This document shows, in pieces, positions 24,631 through 37,693 of a DNA stretch of 64,000 nt. The notes beneath the pieces are model-generated. The model saw only the letters and a program-made list of their open reading frames with translations. It did not search any database and had not been told where the DNA came from. Source of the stretch: Octopus sinensis (lineage: Eukaryota); assembly GCF_006345805.1 (NCBI RefSeq), contig NC_043000.1, positions 96,534,001 to 96,598,000 on the forward strand, given 5' to 3'. Each line of letters starts with the position of its first letter. Position 1 is the stretch's first letter. Position numbers and translations under genes: made by a program.

Positions 24631-25682
24631 TAATTTAGATTCATCATCTTCATAATGTCTACTTTCCATACTGGCATGGGTTGGACAGTTTGACAGGAGA
24701 ATGGCAAGCCAGAGAGCTGTCCCGCTCCAATTGTCTATTTTTGCATGGTTTCTACAGCTTGATGCCCCTCCTAATCCAGCCACCAGCCATTACAGTGTGC
24801 ACTGGGTGCTTTTTATGTACTACCAGCACTGGTGCTTTTAAGTGACATTGGCATGATGCTTATTACAGGCACCAGCACAGTGCATTTAAGTGAAATTGGT
24901 ATGAGTACTCTATGTGGTACTAGTGGCGAGCTGGCAGAATCGCTAGCATGGTGGGAAAATGCTTAGCGGCATTTTTGTCTGTCTCTATGTTCTGAGGGGT
25001 CGACTTTGCCTCTTCATCCTTTCGGGGTCAATAAAACAAAGTACTAGTTGCGTACTGGGGTTGATCTAATCGACTGGCCCTCCTCCCCCAAATTTCACAT
25101 CTTGTGCCTAGAGTAGAAAAACAGTATGAGTGCATTTTACATGGCACTAGCAATAGAGCACCATATGTGGCACTGGCAAGTGTACATCTTACATAGCACT
25201 GGCACAACTGCATTTTATGTGGCACTGCGTACCACAAGACAAAGCAACTCAGCTGGGGAGGAGAGAGAGGGGCATGACCTAAAGGGCTTTCCTGTATGTA
25301 TGGATGTCCGCTATTTTATGTCTTCTCAAGTACAGCAATTAGCCAGAAGTTTCGGTTCCTTGCCATCTCCTTAGTGAGGCCAGCATCTGAAGATCCTTTC
25401 TCACCACTTCACCCATGTCTCTCCTGGGTCTACTCCTTCTTACAGGTCCTCTCCACAATAGAGATCAGAACTTCTTTATGCAGCTGTCCTCATCTAAATT
25501 GTATCATAGAACTTGGGGAAGTCTCTGACAGATTGATATCAGCTTATTTATACACACATATTTGTCTTGTCACAAATTCATAACTGGCATTGTATTGATA
25601 ATCAACCATTAATAATTTTCATATTGGTTGCATTCTATGTTATTGTGGTACTGTGTTTAATGTAGTTTGGTTCTGTTTACAG

Positions 25683-25898
25683 GATAGCCCATCTTCCAAA
25701 ATAGATGTTGCTTCCTCTTTACTGAATCCATTGATGACAGTACATGTCCCCTCGAGAAACAAATCTAATGTCTCCTGTTCAGAACTGTACTCTAAAATTG
25801 AAGAATTAGAAGAGGAAAAGTTCACTACAAGTCAGGAGGTGGCTCTTTGGGTTAAGAGACTTAATGAGATAAAGAAAATACAGAACACTGAAACAAGA
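25683..25898 (+). CDS. FYCO1: Exon at start of coiled-coil region
   Basis: ttacag|GAT ... AGA|gtgagt, 216 nt, phase 0-0, open: DSPSSKIDVASS...SELYSKIEELEEEKF...NTETR. Confidence 0.7.
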
Positions 25899-25914
25899 GT
25901 GAGTGATGATGATA

Positions 25915-26087
25915 ATTCTTCTTCTTCTTCTTCCTTCTTCTTTTCTTCTTCTTCTTCTTCTTCTTTCTTCTTCTTCTTCTTCCTTCTTCTCTCCTCCTCT
26001 CTCTCTCTCCTCCTCCTCCTCCTCCCATCTCTCCTATCTCCTCCTCCCCTCCTCCTCACTCACCATACCCGCCAAAGGGACATCATA

Positions 26088-26121
<34 letters not shown>

Positions 26122-26125
26122 TATA
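25915..26125. repeat. (CTT)n/(CCT)n/(TA)n compound microsatellite
   Basis: Direct reading; lies just downstream of the 25898 donor. Confidence 0.92.
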
Positions 26126-26435
26126 TATTCTTTTTTTTGTTTGTGCATCACATAGCCTGGCATTAAGTATGTATGTATGCATATATATGTATGCTATATA
26201 TACATTGTATTTGCATATATGTGTTTGTGTGTGCATGTTTGTTATTTTTCCGGTTTGTGTTTTTTATGTTTTCTATGTTGTGCTTTGTTTTGTGTGTGTG
26301 GTGTGTGCTAAATGTATTTTCTAAATTATATTCTTTCTGATTCAATAATCCTGACTTTTTCAACTGTCTCATATCACTGGAATAGACTACCTTCTGTTTA
26401 GTTTTCACCAATTATGTTTAATTTCTTTGTTGTAG

Positions 26436-27088
26436 GTATGAGTCTGAGTATGGAATTGCAGCAGTTCACAGCAAGCCTGGCAAGATGAAAAAGACAGATT
26501 AGATTAAGAACGCAGAAATCTTACGGAAGGTCTCAAGTCTCTCCAGGACCAATAACTGTGAGATAGAACCTGAACACGAACAGATTCGTTAATACTAACC
26601 AATCCAGAATAGAAGTCCTGGAGAAGCGAGAACTAGCTATTCTGGAACATCAAATAAACTGTCTCAGTCAACAGATGGTTGAATTTGCTGAATCACGGCA
26701 GTTCAGAAGAACAGTTTCAGTCTTTGTCGTCATCGCAAGAAAATGAAAATGATGATAATGATATTAATGAAGATGATGATGATGTTCATGATAATGTTGT
26801 TGTTGATGATGATGTGATGATGATGATGCGTGATAATGAAGACAGTGTAGAATATCTGAAGCATGAATATGACAAGATCTTATGGGGAAAATCGACGTCT
26901 GCAGCGGAAATGTGAAGATTTTGAAGAGGCCACAACGAAAACTGCACAGGCAGAATGAAGAGCTGTGTGGGCTACAACAGTCGGTTGAAGAGAAGGCTGC
27001 GAGCTGTTAAACAAATAACCAATCTCATCTCAGCACTCTAAAATCTACCTTGAATAATCTTTTAGATTTTGATTCTATTGTTGATCAG
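26436..27088 (+). CDS. FYCO1: Coiled-coil/acidic exon, multiply frameshifted as assembled
   Basis: ttgtag| ... gatcag|gtaagt. Coiled-coil-like segments hop between frames (QDEKDRLD*ERRNLTEGLKSLQDQ; RIEVLEKRELAILEHQINCLSQQM; YGENRRLQRKCEDFEEA; LNNLLDFDSIVDQ). Ends in phase 0, matching the next exon. Confidence 0.6.
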
Positions 27089-28667
27089 GTAAGTTATGTT
27101 TATAGTCTGGATACATTGTTAACCTTTTTGGTGCCAACCTGCCTGAACCCACCCTTGGTTCTATAATACAAATTCTGTTTTGAATGAGAAATGAGTTGCC
27201 TAAAAATCCCTATCACAATTTCATGTTACTTTATATTCCAAACAGCTGCTTAATAAAGACAGAGATTATTTTTTCAAATATTATTTTTTCAAATTACTTG
27301 AAATAAAGGTAGTATATTTCAATAGAAACATGGTAACAAAGCGGTTAGGATATAACAATAACTATGAAAATTAATAGTTACAGATTTTAAATTTGATATC
27401 ATTAGCAGAAAGATCACCTTCCGAGCAGTTTTCTGCTAGCCCCCTGCTAATATTTTCTCATTTGATTTCCCAATTGTAATAATTTTATATTTCTACTGCT
27501 AATTATTTATTGTCTATAGTGCTTACTTGCTTAGTATTACTTACTAGATTTTATTTCACAGTCATAATCTCTCTCTTTTACTAACCCCATCTTGGTAGTC
27601 TAGAACACCAAGGTGGAGATTTCACAGCATCTCTAGCTTTCCCCTATCACCACCACGAGCAACATAGAGATTACAATCAGCAGCACATCTGTAGCTTTTG
27701 CGTTGTAGTGTGTGTGTGGAGAGAGAGAGAGAAGATTGCACAATGATGCAAAACTAGACATAAAAATTGAAATGAAATCTGATATCACTAAAAAAGGCCT
27801 TACTTACTAGATGTTATCCCCCAACTTTTTTGCCTCATAACATCCAGAAAAAGGATACTTTTTAACAAAATTTTCTACAAATACCGCTTAGATGTTTGTT
27901 GCTTCAGTAGTCTATAGGGATTTATGAAAGCTTTCAATTCCAAGGGGATTTGGAGGAGGAGTTTGGGTCGTATCCACATCTGATCTTTTTTTTTTCCCCT
28001 CATAACTTTCAGGAAAATGTATCTTTTAATGATTATACAAATCCCTTTCAACGTACATAGATTACGATATAAAGAAATTTGTGGGGAAATTTTTTTAGGA
28101 TTTCCCCATCCATTTTTTTTAACTACAGCCTTCAAAATGATGGGGTTGGTAGATGGGAAGCATCTTTGTATGAAAAGTTTTGAAACTAACTCTTTTACAA
28201 CTTCCTACAACATCCTCCTACTCAATGGGTCTGATCATTCTCACATCTACAGATTTGACCAATTGTTTTGTGCACTTCAAAACCATGGGGTGTGCGCATT
28301 CATTAAAAAAATTAATTTTAATTGTTAGTATTTTCAGAGGAATATATGAGGCCTTTAAGGCGATTTGGCTGTTGTTTTAGTGCATCAAAGACAACCTTCC
28401 TTGTTTCTTTATCGCTCTCACATGTATTGATGTTTTCTCAATATTTTCCCCATAAATCATTTATATGCTAAAAAAAGAAAATTTGAGAAATTATGAATTT
28501 TTGCAACCCCACTTCCTTCCCCGATGTGTCGGTTTAGAAATTAAAAATTGGAGAGCCTGAGAAGGGTCATTGCTGGCATTTATCCACAGTGATTGTAAAA
28601 AAATTATGGAAATGTACTTGCATAGCAAGTGACTTGATCTGAGATCATGTGCTGAAACAAAAACACA

Positions 28668-28951
28668 TTGCAGCATGGAAGATGTTTGTAAGCCATTCAA
28701 GACACACAAAAAACAGCTAGTTTCACTTCAACATTTAAATTTCATTTGTGTCAAAATATTTTGGTGCTTTGAAACCGCGACCTGTTCGCTGACAAAACTT
28801 CACAGAAAGTGATGCAGCACGAAGTTTTGTCAGTGAACAGGTCACGGTTTTCAAGCAACAAAAATATTTTCACACAAATGAAATTTAAATGTTAGAGTGA
28901 AACTAACTTCTTGTGTGTCTTGAATGGCTTACACAATCTTCCACACTGCAA
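28668..28951. repeat. Long inverted repeat (~133-nt arms, 19-nt spacer)
   Basis: 28668-28801 is the imperfect reverse complement of 28821-28951. Confidence 0.9.
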
Positions 28952-30782
28952 TTGTTTGTGATTTAAAAAAAAAGAGTTATGTAAACAATAATTCTTTTTA
29001 ATAGCATACTTTCAGTTAGATTTTTTCTTAGACACACACATGGCTTCACTTGATTCAGGTGGAGGTAACAAAATTTAGATTACAATTTATTTTGTTGTTT
29101 TCTTCTACAATGGACCATGCGTGTGTTATTCGGCATTATCATTCTATAAATGTGTTTTAATGGGAGAAAAATATTGAAAAAAATCAATACAGGTGAGAGT
29201 GAAAAAGGAGGGTGGTTGGGTGTTACTAGAAAAAACAGCGAAACTTCCCTTGAATCGTTCACCTTTTCTTTGAAAATATTTACAGTTTTATTATATTTTT
29301 TATGTTACCAAAAACGACTCCTCCCATGGTTTTTAAGGTAAAGAGTAAAGAGGCCACAATGGCCCAAATGGCTCCAGATAGTTATTATTCTAAAGCTATA
29401 TAGTGTTCCAGTCATAACAACAAAATCACTTTAAAAATTTGTTTTACAAAAATTATATGGGTTATTTTAAAAACTTTTCATTCAAAAAATGTTTTACATT
29501 ACGTATACATATAGAAATAAAACTGTCAGTTTTCCAAATACTGAATTAAAACTTAAAATGAAAATATTAAAAGAGGAGTGAGATACTTTGCAAATGCAAA
29601 TGGAATACTCTGCAGTGAATGCAATGAATATTAAATTTGCAAGAAATTGGAGTAACAATTCAAGAAACTTGAGAAGTTGAAATTATAGAAAATTTCTTAG
29701 AACATGAATTATAAAATTATTTCCAGATGGCAACCTTTAATAATTGCTTTCTTTTAGTACTTTTAGTAATTGTTATATATCTAATTAATAAGCAGACTTC
29801 TCCGTTATAGTATAGAGATGCAAATATATATTTATTCTTGTAAGGAAGTATGATGTTAAGAGCCCAAGATTAGAAAGGGAAGTGACTCAATCAATTACAG
29901 GATTGTGACTTCAACTGTACTTAATGTCACTCAATAGTGGTAATATAGCAGGGATAGTTCCTCTGAGGCTTCATGCAACAGTGGATTAAAATCAGCTGGG
30001 TGGAACCTTATAGAACTATTACTAAAATCAAATGATGATTTGAGTGTGGACGCCACTACTGGAATCAGTAGAGTGGTGGACATGTAGTATTTCATTATAT
30101 TCTTTTATGTTTTGAGTTCAAATCTCACTGAGATTGACTTTGCCTTTCATCCTTCCAGTGTCAGTAAAATAAATGTCTGCTGAATACTGAGGTCTATCTA
30201 TTCAACTACATAAATCCTCCAAATTTGAAGCTATATTATTATAGTTTATCTATCAGTAATAAATACCAAATCCTCTGAGAATGGGATCTGTGGTAGCCTG
30301 GCATCCTATCCAGGTAGAAATTTATCTTCTACCACACATATCTAACTGCTCCTTTGGTCATCACGGCATTTATTTGCCACTTCGGTTGTCCGGCGTGCCG
30401 TGTCATCTGCCAGCTGGTTTGGTGTTGGGATGTCGTGCGCATTTGCAACGATGAAAAACCACCACTTCCGTAGTTAGCTCGCTGCTGTTCGGAAAGGATC
30501 GATGACCATGCTTTCATGGTCTGTATTTGTACTGAAAATCGAGATCGAGTGAGCTTTTGCCCTTTGCACACACACGCACACACACTAATGTATTTATTAG
30601 AGTTTTTAAGAAATGGGTGTGAAAAGTCTGTAGAATAACAAATGATTAAATATTAAATAAATCATATATTAAATAAATTAATAGAGATAATGTTAATATG
30701 AATGATGAAAGGAATGGAGAATATGATAAAAATTAGTTCAAATATGGTAATTAATTTGTCTCTTTTTCTGTTCATATTGCAG

Positions 30783-31799
30783 GATTATATTTCTAACTTT
30801 GAATCCCTAGATGACGACTTGAATGATACTGTAGAAAAACTGTTTGAGTTTGTGAAAGAGGCTAAAAATCTAAATTCTGAAGGAAGATTTCATCAACAAG
30901 AACCTAATAAGGAAATTCTAGCACAAATATCATTGTTAAAGTCAGAATTGGAAGGTTCTAGATCACAAAATGCAGAATTGCAAAAACAAGAATCTGATTT
31001 CAGTGAGAAAATGGAAAAAATGTCATCTGAGAATTCTTATTTGAAAGAATGTATTCAAAAGTTAGAATGTGATTTAGAAATAAAAGATAAAGAATATAAT
31101 ACATTAGAAGAAAGGAATAAAGCTTCCAATGATGAGATTAGCAATTTTGGCTGTGAAAGAGAAAATATGATTCTTCAAAATGAAGAGCTGAGTGAAAAAC
31201 TGCATTCTTTGGAAAATAATCACAAGGAATTGATGGCTAAACACTTTGCTCTTCAATCTGAACTCGATGAATATAAGGAACAGTATGAGATGCAAATATC
31301 TGTAATAAATGCCAAGCATAAAGAAACAGAACAACAACTGCTGAGTTCTAAAGAAAAATTCCAAACCAAGCTAAATGAAGTTTTAGAGGAAAACCAAAAC
31401 CTTACAAAAGAAATGGAAAATGTGAAGAAACAAGCAGCTGATTTACATGTGAAAGTAGTAAAATCTGAAACAGAAAAGATTGACTTGCAGCAAGAACTTG
31501 ATCAAGTTATGTCAGAAAATACAAAATCAAATGATATGCGAATAACATTGCAGTCTGTGATAGATTCTCTACAAGTTGACAAAGACCACTTGATTGAAGA
31601 GAAGAAACTCTTGCAGTTAGCGGAGCAAGATTTCAAGGACAGTTTACTAGAGAAAGAAGAGACTATTGAAAATTTGAGAAAAGAATTTGCAGAAAGCCAA
31701 GAATCAATTTCTTCTGAGCTGAATTTAGTGAAAGAAGAATTGTCTGCAGCCCATTTCCAGTTGAGTGCCCAGCAACTTCAGCATCAAAAGTCTGTGGAG
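30783..31799 (+). CDS. FYCO1: Large coiled-coil exon (339 codons)
   Basis: ttgcag|GAT ... GAG|gtatta, within ORF 30702-31808. E/K/Q/L-rich heptads; ends HFQLSAQQLQHQKSVE (human KFQLSAE). Confidence 0.92.
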
Positions 31800-32716
31800 G
31801 TATTATGAGTTTTATGGCTCCAAGCAATTTCTTATTTCTTATGTTATGCATGTATGTAGTTGTTCATAATCATCATCATCACCATAATCATCATTATCAT
31901 TTAGCATCTGTTTTCCATGCTGGAACTGGTAAGCTGGAGAGCTACACCAGACTCCATTGGTCTATTTGGCTTGGTTTCTACAGCTGGATGCCCTTCCTAA
32001 TGTCAACCATTCCATAGAGTATGCTGAGTGTCTTTTACATATCATTGGCAAGGGTGCCTTTTATTCCATTTATATAATAAGTGCAGGTGTGGTTATATAG
32101 TTAAGAAGCTTGCTTCCCAACTATGTGGTCCAAGGTTCAATACCACTGCATGGCACCTTGAGCATGTGTCTTCTATATAGTCCAGAGCCAACCAAAACTT
32201 AGTTAGTGGATTTGGTTGATGGAAACAACTATTACCTATTGTATATGTGTGTGTGTATGTTGTGTGTGTGTGTGTGTGTGAGGGTGGGGTAAACTATCCT
32301 GTTGTAGATGACAGATTGGGGCTCTGCAATTTCTGAATAACCTGCACAGACATTTTTTTTTTTTTCATAGTGATCAAATGTTTGTGCTGTACATTAACAC
32401 ATTACCTCCATCAAATCTACATTGCCTGTTAAGGTGTGTGGTGTGTCATATGTCAGATGGTGAAGTGATTGCATAAAGTTAGGAAGTATGAGAAATTAAT
32501 GCATAGTTATTTCATCATGTGACTTCCAATGGGTTACAGCCGTTTCGCAACCTTTTTATTTAGCATTAAGTTCAGTATGCAAGAACTTATGTGTACATTG
32601 TTTACATTTATGTGTTTTGTATTATTCAATACAATTGTATATTCACAAATTAATGCATTAATTTATTTGTATTAAGAATAAAACATGTTAAAAAATATGT
32701 TACATATATGTAACAT

Positions 32717-33058
32717 AGGCACAAGAGTGGCTGTGTGGTAAGTAGCTTGCTTACCAACCACATGGTTCCAGGTTCGGTCCCACTGCGTGACACCTTGGGC
32801 AAGTGTCTTCTACTATAGCTTCGGACTGACCAAAGACTTGTGAGTGGATTTGGAAGACGGAAACTGAAAGAAGCCCGTCGTATATATGTATATATATATG
32901 TATGTGTGTATATGTTTGTGTGTCTGTGTTTGTCCCCACCAACATCGCTTGACAACTGATGCTGGTGTGTTTACGTCCCCATAACTTAGCGGTTCGGCAA
33001 AAGAGACCGATAGAATAAGTACTAGGCTTACAAAGAATAAGTCCTGGGGTCGATTTGT
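32717..33058 (+). mobile_element. tRNA-derived SINE family with internal (TA/TG)n; copies at 716-1333, 14551-14918, 32085-32250, 34129-34740, 49812-50000, 58274-58675
   Basis: A-box gtggctgtgtggtaag, B-box ggttcggtccc, CORE-like ccttgggcaagtgtctt, and a common 3' body. Confidence 0.85.
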
Positions 33059-33144
33059 AAAAATGTTTCAAGCCTATACATAAGGTTACTTATTTAGCAA
33101 AATTATCATTTCATGGACATAATATATCTCTCTTTATGTCACAG

Positions 33145-33285
33145 ACTATGAGTAACAAAGAACGGGAACTACAAGACAGCAATAAAACAGTGAAAGAGAA
33201 AGAAGATATTCTCAGACACTTACAAGAAGAAAAAGAACAATTGGAAATCACAATGAAGAATCAGGTGGCATGTTTACATGAAATG
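33145..33285 (+). CDS. FYCO1: Coiled-coil exon
   Basis: tcacag|ACT ... ATG|gtaaat, 47 codons, TMSNKERELQDSNKTVKEKEDILRHLQEEKEQLEITMKNQVACLHEM. An alternative donor at 33264 is possible. Confidence 0.85.
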
Positions 33286-34287
33286 GTAAATCATATTTAT
33301 ATTTAATTAAAAAAAAATTTGCAGTTTTTTTTGTGTTTTTTTTTTGCTGTTTTACATTCAGTTTTTCAAAGCTGATATTTCATTTTTCAAACACAGAGAT
33401 TTGCATGTTATTGAAGTTGACGGTTTTTTTTTTAACGGAATTCTTTCTTTCAACTCAACTGTAAAAAAGATTGTTTTCAGCTATGAAAACTGATATGAGC
33501 AGAGTACAAGCCATATAATCAGTTTTGAGAGAGAGAGAAGGAGGGGAAGAGGGTGAGAGAGACCTATGTGTGTGCATGTCAGTGAGATAGACTCATACCT
33601 ACATACATGCACATAACATGTCTGTATATATATGTACATATGTATGTATATACAGATATTAGGCATGCACATGTCCAATATAACATATTAAGTTTTCTAA
33701 TCATGAGGCATACTACCATTAAAGTACTCAATAGCCAACTATTAGATAACTTAGAGCTATGGCATCTATCTCTGTCATCATCATCAAATGTCTGCTTGCT
33801 GAGGTGGCATTGGTTGGACAGTTCGACAAGATCTGTTTGGCATAGTTTCTACAGCTGGATGTCCTCCTGATGCCAATCACTTCTGATCAATTGTCTGATA
33901 AAACACAAATAATAACCACAATAGAAAACTACTCCCACATCTAGACAGGCTTACGGCTGCACACTAACCCATCTTTGATTACATTAAAAAGAATGCCATG
34001 TGGTTGACTGACAAGCATTTACTCGACAATACATTCTGATCTCCATTTCACAGATGTGCTGTCACCATATTTTGCCTCTTCTACCAACTACTAAAACAGT
34101 CTCTTCTTTTAACCATTTAACTACATACGTGGCTGTGTGGTAAGACGCTTTCTTCCCAACCAGATGGTTCAAGGTTCAGTCCCTCAGCTTGGCACCTTGG
34201 GAAAGTGTCTTCTACTGTAGCCTCAGGCCAACCAAAGCCTTATGAGTGGATTTCATAGATGGAGACTGAAAGAAGCCTGTCATATAT

Positions 34288-34320
<33 letters not shown>

Positions 34321-37300
34321 TTATCATCATCATCATCATCATCATCGTTTAGCGTCCGCTTTCCATGCTAGCATGGGTTGGACGGGTCAACTGGGGTCTG
34401 TGAAGCTGGAAGGCTTCGTCAGGCCCAGTCAGATCTGGCAGTGTTTCTACGGCTGGATGCCCTTCCTAACGCCAACCACTCCGCGAGTGTAGTGGGTGTT
34501 TTTTACGTGCCACCAATATATTATATATATTTATGTGTGTGTCTTTGTGCCCCCTACCATCACTTAACAACTGATGTTAGTGTGTTTATGTCCCCATAAC
34601 CTAGCAGTTCAGTAAAAGAGACAGAATAAATACTAGGTTTACAAAGAATAAGTTCTGGGTTGATTTCTTCAACTAAAAAGCCCTTAAAGGCAGTACTCCA
34701 GCATGGCCGCAGTCAAATGACCGAAACATGTAAAGGAATAGAAGAATCCCATCCCCCACTCAACCCCATCTAACATACCCACCTTTTCTTCACAGAATTG
34801 GAAACTTCTGGAATCCCCATCCTGTCCCTCTATTTTGTTTTTATAAATGTTGACTTAACCCTTTAGTGTTCAGATTATTCTATCAAACATAATTCTTATT
34901 GATTCACATTAATTTGAATTAATCATGCATTTTCTCATATCTTCAAGATCTTGATGGTGTGATTACTTAATGTAGAATAACATTGTAGGGTAATTGTGAG
35001 AGCCTGGATCTGGTCAGTTTGAACATAAAACAGATTAAATATTTTGGCTGGATATGGCCGGTTTAAATACTAAAGGGTTAAAGTTGATCCAACTGAACAT
35101 CAACCATGTCAAAATCATAAGTCTAGTGTAAGGTGGGTGTTTGGCTATGAAGGTCATGAGCACTGCCCCTTTCTTCTGATTAAGCCATATGTGTATGTGT
35201 GTGTGTGTGTGTAAGCTGATTATATACTCAACATCTATAAAGTAACCTGGATTACTTATTCAGGTCCAATGGTTTACAGGTACCTGTAAATCTTTGCTGG
35301 TCTTTGAACTGGCTTATCTTTTATTGCTCAATCTCCAAAATATTTAGAAAAGGATCTGCTGGCTTGCAGGTTGTCAGTGGTGTGAAATGATTTTTTTTTT
35401 CATCCAGGAATCTTTTGCGAGAGAGTACTATGATGATTAATGTGCTATTTTTACAAAGTTTTCAGCACTTTATACCATGCTTTTTTGAAGTGGGAAGAGC
35501 TATATTTTTTGAAATTGCATCTTGGCTTCTTTTGTTCTTTCTGTGATTAAATTGTGTCCCTTTATGACATTGTACATGTTCTGCATGCAGCTGTTACTTA
35601 CCTTTACATTCTTCCTGTTGAATTACCTTTAACAGTTTGTTGGTTGTTTTTGCTGTTGCTGTAATCTAGCCCTGGTCAATTCTGAGTAAGCTTGTGCTAC
35701 CTATGTAGTCAGACAAATGTCCTAGTTTTGATTAAGAGTTCTATTGTTAAAAGTACTCTATACTATCTCCTAATTGAGTACAGCACTACACGTGCAGGGT
35801 TTATAATATGGAATGTCATGTAGTTCAAGCATCTTGTATTTTTTTTCCATCTGGTCAATCTGTTAAATCAGTCTGGTATAACTGTTGTTTAGTTGCAGAT
35901 CAACCTTGATTAAGCCAGTGGCATAATAAGTGTTCTGTTCTGGAACAAAGACACTTTGGTGCCCTCATCTTAATTAACAGGCATAATAGGTCAGTAGAAA
36001 TTTTGTATTCCATCACAACTGCATCCAAGGGTAACATCAGCTTCCTATGCCTTCACTTACTACATCTCTAGATTAAACAAACACATGATTAAAGGTATTC
36101 TAGCTATGACCATTCTGGCTTTATTTCAAAGTGTATCTAGGACAACAGTATACAATGTGTTATTTATTTTTAAGATGGAAGGTTATGATTTGAGGTTGAG
36201 CTACCACATAATGACTCCCTCATGTAACTGTAAATTCTGGCATCCACAACCTAAAGTAAGCAAGGTAAAGTAAGCTCAGTTATCTGTAACAGTTCTTGTT
36301 CTCCAGCACTTATCACTGGAAGTAGACATCTCAGTACAGTATTTGTAGCTAATGAAGTTACTAATGTATCTATGAGATTTTTATGTTTATCTGAAGTGAT
36401 GGTTTATTTTAAAGATTATATAGTAGTTTTCTGGGATGTTTATATATAGTATTTTAGGATAGTGTTGTAGTGTTTTAGAACATTTAGATGTGAATGTTTT
36501 TTTTTTGTTGGGGGCAGGGTAAGTAAGTATAGTGTATTTAGTGGCAAGAGCTCTGTGGGCTAGAGTTTGCTGTAGCAAACTGAGCTCCTAAGCATTAGTT
36601 TATTCTAACCCTTTAGTATTTAAACCAGCCATATCATGGCCCTAATATTTTACCTGTTTTATGTATAAACAGGCCAGATCAGGCTTCTCACACTTACCCT
36701 ATAATGTCATTTTAAAAATAAATAGTCACATCATCAAAATATCAAAGCCACAAAGTAATGTATGATTAGTTCAAAATAATGTGAATAAATAAACATTACA
36801 TTTGACAGAGTAATCTGAATGCTAAAGGGTTAAATACACTTGTTTCCTATTGTAGTTGGCTATTGGAGATGTTTAGCCCTTGATCATCTCAAGTTCTAAT
36901 TAAGGAGACTTATGAGCAAAACATTCTAGCTCTGATAATCCTATCTTTTTAGAGGTATCTACAACTAAATTATCTAATATGTCTTTTTTTAAGATGCTAG
37001 GGTGTGACTTGAGAGTGAAGTGACAGCTTTTCCAAGCAGGTTGAATGATTGTGATATCACTTCCACATTAGCTTGAGATGCCCTGTAGTAGATGGTCTGG
37101 AGTTGTGGTTTGTGATGATAAGTGTGGTGTTAGGTGCTTTTTATAGTTTGTTATGGATAGATTAGGGGCTCAAAGTGAGACTGACCTAGTCTTTAATAGA
37201 TGTAATATACTCTTTGTTCCCTAGTATTGCATGTCTGTGTAATAGCTGTGAGTGAGTGACACCTATGATTTGTCTAACTGTGCACTGCAATTACTCAGTG

Positions 37301-37621
37301 TTGTTTTCTTCTGAGGTTATGAGTTGAAGAATCTGCAAATAAAATCATTTATTTAAAAGAGACTTAGATAATTATCAGTCACCATCTGACACAAATTGTT
37401 CAGTTTGTGGTTGATCTGTCCATGAAGATGTCCAGAGAATTAAGCCAATGTCAGTGTTAAATTATTTCCTTTAGATTTGAATTAAGAACAGTTATTCAGG
37501 TCAAGAAGATATGTGAATGAGAGATGGAAAAGAAATACATATTGTATGTTAATAAAAATTGCTTTTGTGAGAATGTGTTCTAATCATTAATGACTAACCA
37601 AACTTACAACTTCAAATCTAG

Positions 37622-37693
37622 TTGGAGAAAACACAAGCTGAACTGAAAACTTCAGAAGAAGAATACGGCAAACTCCAGGACAAATATGAAATG
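37622..37693 (+). CDS. FYCO1: 72-nt coiled-coil exon
   Basis: atctag|TTG ... ATG|gtaagt, LEKTQAELKTSEEEYGKLQDKYEM (human LERTQKEL..., 24 aa). Branch point TGACTAAC at 37591-98. Confidence 0.85.

Noticed and set aside
28017-28380. Overlapping ORFs as a transposase fragment
   Set aside because: Only vague resemblance to pogo-like motifs; no catalytic motif or TIR confirmed.
30702-30782. Met-rich hydrophobic N-terminus of ORF 30702-31808 as a start or signal peptide
   Set aside because: It is the intron's pyrimidine tract read in frame, ending in ttgcag; the upstream exon ends in matching phase 0.
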